DNA of 20,399 nucleotides from a bacterium (GTDB lineage Bacteria; Bacteroidota; Ignavibacteria; UBA10030). This document shows, piece after piece, positions 16,737 through 20,399 of the stretch. The notes under the pieces are model-generated. The model did not search any database. It was given only the letters and a program-made list of their open reading frames with translations, and was not told the DNA's origin. The stretch's first letter is position 1. Every line of letters begins with the position of its first letter. The translations under genes and the position numbers were made by a program. Location of the stretch: assembly GCA_043803945.1 (NCBI GenBank), contig JAZDJN010000076.1:1-20399 (forward strand), in the 5' to 3' direction.

Positions 16737-18047
16737 TCATTTCACTCTACCCACAACTCTAACCTTCGCGTCATGCGCAAGCGTGTAATGGCCCCCGATC
16801 AATACCGTGTCTCCTGGCACCACCTCTTTGTATTGACCACGGAGAATTTCTATAAACTCTTCGTTCTCTTCGCCAACATCGACATAGTTCCACTTTGCCA
16901 GGTCGCCTTCTTTGTAGAAGATTAGATTGCGCTGGTCGCGGACCAGAAGCGCCGCCTTGGGTACAAGCAACCGGTTTGTAAAAATATCCGTCTCGATTCG
17001 AACAGTAGCAAACATCCCAGGACGAAGCTGCGGGAGAAACCCGGTTGAAATTGCTGATTGGCGAGTGACGATTGACGGTTGAAAAGATTTAGTGCCATCC
17101 TTTAATTCTATTGTGACCTTTACGGTTTTTGTTTTGGTGTCGACGATTGGATTAATGTAGATGATCGCACCAAAAAATGTTTTCGCCGGGTATGCATTGA
17201 CAATCACTTCTGCCCTGCGGCCGAGATGCAGTTTTCCAATCTCACTCTCCAGTACTTCCACATCTACCAGCAGGCTGGAGAGATCAACAAGCTTCAACAC
17301 CGTTCTGCCCATCGAAATCTGCATGCCGGGTGTGATATCGCAGTCGGCAATGTAGCCGGTGTAAGGAGCCTTGATTTCCGTGCTTTCGAGATCGAACTTT
17401 GCGCGTTCAAATGCTTCACGCGCAGAGCTGAGACCCGTACGGCTTGCCTGGACATCGTTCCGATGAGAGTGGAGAATGGCGATATCGGCTTCGTAGTTCC
17501 TTTTCTTCCGGGCATATTCAATTTCATTCACCTGAAGCCCTCGCCAGAGTTTTTCAAGCTCTTCCAAATTCTTTTCCGCTTCTTTTAGCTGCTGTGATTG
17601 TTTTACGCTATCAACATCTTCGGCGTAGGGAGAATAAACCTGTTGACGGTATTCAATTTGCGCCGCTAATAGTGCAGAAGCCGCTCGGTCATAGGAGATC
17701 CGTTTTTCCCGTTCATCGAGTTTCATAAGCAGATCGCCCTGCCGGACGAATGAGCCGTTGTGAACTTCGACCTGCAGCGCTTCGCCGCTGGTTCGGGCAA
17801 CAATTTCTGCCTCGCGTTTCGCACGCAGTGTGCCTGTTGCCGTAAGCCATTTAATGAGGTTCCCCCGATGGGCCAATGCGGCATCGACCGGAAATATAAC
17901 TTCCGTCGTTGACTGGGTGGATTTTGTCGGCGAGCCTTCGGTTTGTTGAACATCTGTTCCGTCGGAAGATGAAGATGGTTTCAGGAGATACCACAGAAGA
18001 ATTCCGATTGGAATGAACGCAAGAATGAGGTAATAGGATGTTTTCAT
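16737..18047 (-). CDS. RND efflux periplasmic adaptor (membrane fusion protein), ~436 aa from the ATG at 18047
   Basis: MKTSYY + TM anchor; lipoyl-like 'G.FVRQGDLLMKLD' and 'IKAPYTG'; coiled hairpin; LRPGMFA; LLVPKAAL. Confidence 0.93.
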   Translation of the reverse strand: MKTSYYLILAFIPIGILLWYLLKPSSSSDGTDVQQTEGSPTKSTQSTTEVIFPVDAALAHRGNLIKWLTATGTLRAKREAEIVARTSGEALQVEVHNGSFVRQGDLLMKLDEREKRISYDRAASALLAAQIEYRQQVYSPYAEDVDSVKQSQQLKEAEKNLEELEKLWRGLQVNEIEYARKKRNYEADIAILHSHRNDVQASRTGLSSAREAFERAKFDLESTEIKAPYTGYIADCDITPGMQISMGRTVLKLVDLSSLLVDVEVLESEIGKLHLGRRAEVIVNAYPAKTFFGAIIYINPIVDTKTKTVKVTIELKDGTKSFQPSIVTRQSAISTGFLPQLRPGMFATVRIETDIFTNRLLVPKAALLVRDQRNLIFYKEGDLAKWNYVDVGEENEEFIEILRGQYKEVVPGDTVLIGGHYTLAHDAKVRVVGRVK

Positions 18048-18193
18048 ATGCGCCGGTGTCTTGTGATGTACGAGGAGAACGGTTGCGAATGATGAAGATC
18101 CTTCAGACTGTTCGGTCCATCCTCTCTCCATTATTAGTGATCTAGAATTCTCAATACTTCGACGAGCGATAGACGGTCTGTAGAGTTGGTAGG

Positions 18194-18222
18194 ATGGTAG
18201 CAATAATTCTGTTTGATGTCAA
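18194..18222 (-). promoter_or_regulatory. Sigma70-type promoter for the efflux operon
   Basis: Minus strand: TTGACA (18222-18217), 17 nt ending in TGC (extended -10), then TACCAT (18199-18194). Confidence 0.7.
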
Positions 18223-18224
18223 AC
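18211..18224. promoter_or_regulatory. Candidate operator palindrome overlapping the -35
   Basis: GTTTGA-TG-TCAAAC is a perfect inverted repeat. GTTTGATG recurs at 18242-18249. Confidence 0.4.
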
Positions 18225-18392
18225 CGGGTTGAATTAGCAAAGTTTGATGGCATGACTAAATGCAGATGACCGGCACCCTGGCATTGATTGAACGCATTTA
18301 TGTGACGGTTATCTCGTTACTTATGGTTGGTAGTGGACTTTTTCCCTGGTTTCTTCCCAAAAACGTTAACCCGTAATATCAATAGAATTCCC

Positions 18393-18421
18393 TTGCACCC
18401 TCCCGTTACCGCATGTAAATT
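18393..18421 (+). promoter_or_regulatory. Possible sigma70 promoter for the divergent genes
   Basis: TTGCAC-N17-TAAATT, ending 23 nt before the ATG at 18445; AAAGGA SD. Confidence 0.45.
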
Positions 18422-18444
18422 AAGGTGAGCAGAAAAGGAAAACT

Positions 18445-19485
18445 ATGAAGGAACGATTTAGAATATCCACTCGAACGACGCATGTCTTGACGTTCTTCTT
18501 CGCTCTCACCGCCGGCATTATTATCTACCTCGTAATCCATGATTCCAATTCAATGGCTTTCCCTCCCGCCCAGCCAATAACCTACAGCATGTTACTCGAT
18601 CCAGGTGCTACTCTGGTTGACACATCGGCTATTATAAGCGTACCAGGAAGGATGCAATTTGATCCGGAGGGAAATGTGTACATACTTGAAACCCATTTTA
18701 GGGGAGGTCTTCAAGATCGTATATATAAGTTTGATCCAAAATTCAATCATAAAAAACTGATCGGGGAGGTAGGTCGGGGACCTGGTGAATACACTCGCCC
18801 AACGGATATCTGGATAGATAAACGAGGGTATCTCTATGTACCAGATGTGGGTAATCAGAGGATTAGTATCTGGAACAATACTGACACACTCGTTAAGCTG
18901 ATTACAAATATTTTTATCCCCTCTGACACGCGAATTGCCGTTGATAGTAAAGGATTCATCTATCTCAGCAGCTTTTTCACAGACAGTCTTGTAAGAAAAT
19001 TATCACCAGACGGCTCATTTTTGAGACTCTTCGGCAAAAAGAATCAAAATAAGGATAGATCCATTGTCCGATTGGAGAATGAAAACTCGATTGATTTTGA
19101 CAGCGATGGGAGATTATGGATGTCGTTCCGGTACAGGCCCGTCATAAGAACATATGATACAACAGGAGTTCTGCTCTGGGAGAGAGAGTTTCTTACACCG
19201 GAGATGGAAGAGGAGCGAAAAAAATACGCAGGAAAGCCAGGCGCGCTTGAATACAACGTCGATATTGCTTCCGTACCATGGGGAGGAATACTTCTTTTCA
19301 CACGAAATCATATCAATTTATTGAACCATAAAACGGGTGCAATCCAATTTCGATATCGCACTCCGGAATTACAATACGGTATGGTTGATGATATTCTGTT
19401 CTGTCAGAATGATTCCTCTCTCTGGTGTGCGAGTGCACATTTTGGGCATATCCTTAAGTTCGATTTTGCTCCTGATACACAGTAA
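18445..19485 (+). CDS. Membrane-anchored NHL-repeat/6-bladed beta-propeller protein, 346 aa
   Basis: N-terminal TM; GEVGRGPGEYTRPTDIWIDKRGYLYVPDVGNQRI is a canonical NHL blade; AVDSKGFIY. Confidence 0.9.
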   Translation: MKERFRISTRTTHVLTFFFALTAGIIIYLVIHDSNSMAFPPAQPITYSMLLDPGATLVDTSAIISVPGRMQFDPEGNVYILETHFRGGLQDRIYKFDPKFNHKKLIGEVGRGPGEYTRPTDIWIDKRGYLYVPDVGNQRISIWNNTDTLVKLITNIFIPSDTRIAVDSKGFIYLSSFFTDSLVRKLSPDGSFLRLFGKKNQNKDRSIVRLENENSIDFDSDGRLWMSFRYRPVIRTYDTTGVLLWEREFLTPEMEEERKKYAGKPGALEYNVDIASVPWGGILLFTRNHINLLNHKTGAIQFRYRTPELQYGMVDDILFCQNDSSLWCASAHFGHILKFDFAPDTQ

Positions 19486-19550
19486 CGATGGAGTAATTGA
19501 TAAACAATTACTATCAAATAACAATATCCAATCATTGGAGGGTAAATCAA

Positions 19551-19865
19551 ATGAAGACGCAACAATTAATCAGGATCGTTTCATCATTTTTGATTGTACC
19601 GTTAATATTCATCATTTTAGGTTTATCGAGTGCGTCTGGGGAAACACAACGTTGGACAGTTTATTGTTATTGGGGTGGCAGTGAACCCCTTAAATGCGAG
19701 CACGCCAATTGCATAGACGGACAATCTTGGGATCGTGATGGGATATGCGGAACATCACACACATACGCAACAGCTGCGAGGTGCCAATTTCCCGTAAATG
19801 ATAAATGTAATTGTACACCAGATGCCGATAGCCCTCTTTGTACACAGGATCATTGGCCAAATTAG
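19551..19865 (+). CDS. Small secreted cysteine-rich protein, 104 aa (8 Cys)
   Basis: GGAGG at 19537-19541 before the ATG at 19551; signal peptide MKTQQ...LSSASG; all 8 Cys fall in the ~74 aa mature part. Confidence 0.75.
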   Translation: MKTQQLIRIVSSFLIVPLIFIILGLSSASGETQRWTVYCYWGGSEPLKCEHANCIDGQSWDRDGICGTSHTYATAARCQFPVNDKCNCTPDADSPLCTQDHWPN

Positions 19866-20399
19866 AGAATATCTCATGATATTATACTGGAATGGAGAAC
19901 AGTGCCTTTGTTGTACTCAGGAAGCTATTATTCCTGATAGCCGCCGTCGTAGCATCATCTTACCAGGCACCGCTTTGAATGTATCTTACAAGGCGTTGTT
20001 CAAATTCAATTTTTACATTACCCCATCAAGTCACCAAATGAGCTATGGCTCTGAGAACCTCTTTATGTTGCCCTTCATTTTTTTAACCATCTTCTGCTCA
20101 ATGAATTCCAATGGAAGGAGAATTTATAAACTTGTCGGCATCCCTATATGGGATTTAGTATAAGAAGAGCTGCACATGTTCGTTGCAAACTGCACATCTA
20201 TTGACTCCTCGTAGGAATAGATGTACGTTTCCACTGACACCGCAGGGAAGAGACAGATCTAACCCAAGTTCGACAGTTGTGAAGAAAAAACGATGATTCT
20301 GAGCTATAAGAGGCAAAAGGTGTCAAAAGTTTACACTACAATTTGAGTTTCATTTCAAGCCTGGAAGGGGGTTTGAGATTTAGTTTGTGCAATAGAATG

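Noticed and set aside
400-17953. Many short antisense or alternate-frame ORFs, including REP-spanning ones (8054-8491, 14143-14472, 16064-16348)
   Set aside because: They are shadows of well-supported genes or translations of repeats, with no recognisable motifs.
18048-18203. 52-aa N-terminal extension of the MFP
   Set aside because: The TTG start lies inside the predicted promoter. MKTSYY + TM is the typical start.
19798-20163. 121-aa ORF overlapping the Cys-rich gene
   Set aside because: It overlaps a better-supported ORF and has no SD or recognisable domain.
20373-20398. TTGAGA...TAGAAT promoter-like pair
   Set aside because: The spacer is only 14 nt and the site is at the window edge.

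Overview
Most of the window is a minus-strand operon built on an RND efflux backbone: a membrane-fusion protein (16737-18047) and two different AcrB-family permeases (8282-11713, 166-3450). No TolC gene is in the window. Interleaved between the backbone genes are AT-richer genes in the same orientation: five GxGP[G/N]E 6-bladed beta-propeller exported proteins (one split by a homopolymer frameshift), a CxxC membrane-anchored protein and a small membrane protein. The intergenic spaces hold one REP family (13 complete hairpins plus 2 partial) arranged as REPIN-like doublets, together with three RAYT (REP-associated HUH tyrosine transposase) copies: two full-length and one truncated. A ~2 kb module REPIN-[LSxGKDH propeller lipoprotein]-REP-RAYT occurs twice, and a third copy is deleted, which suggests a RAYT/REP-bounded cassette array diversifying an efflux operon. 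All three efflux genes also carry in-frame insertions derived from palindromes or short repeats. Divergently transcribed are a sixth propeller and a small secreted 8-Cys protein. Family assignments come from motif recognition by eye; no database search was run.
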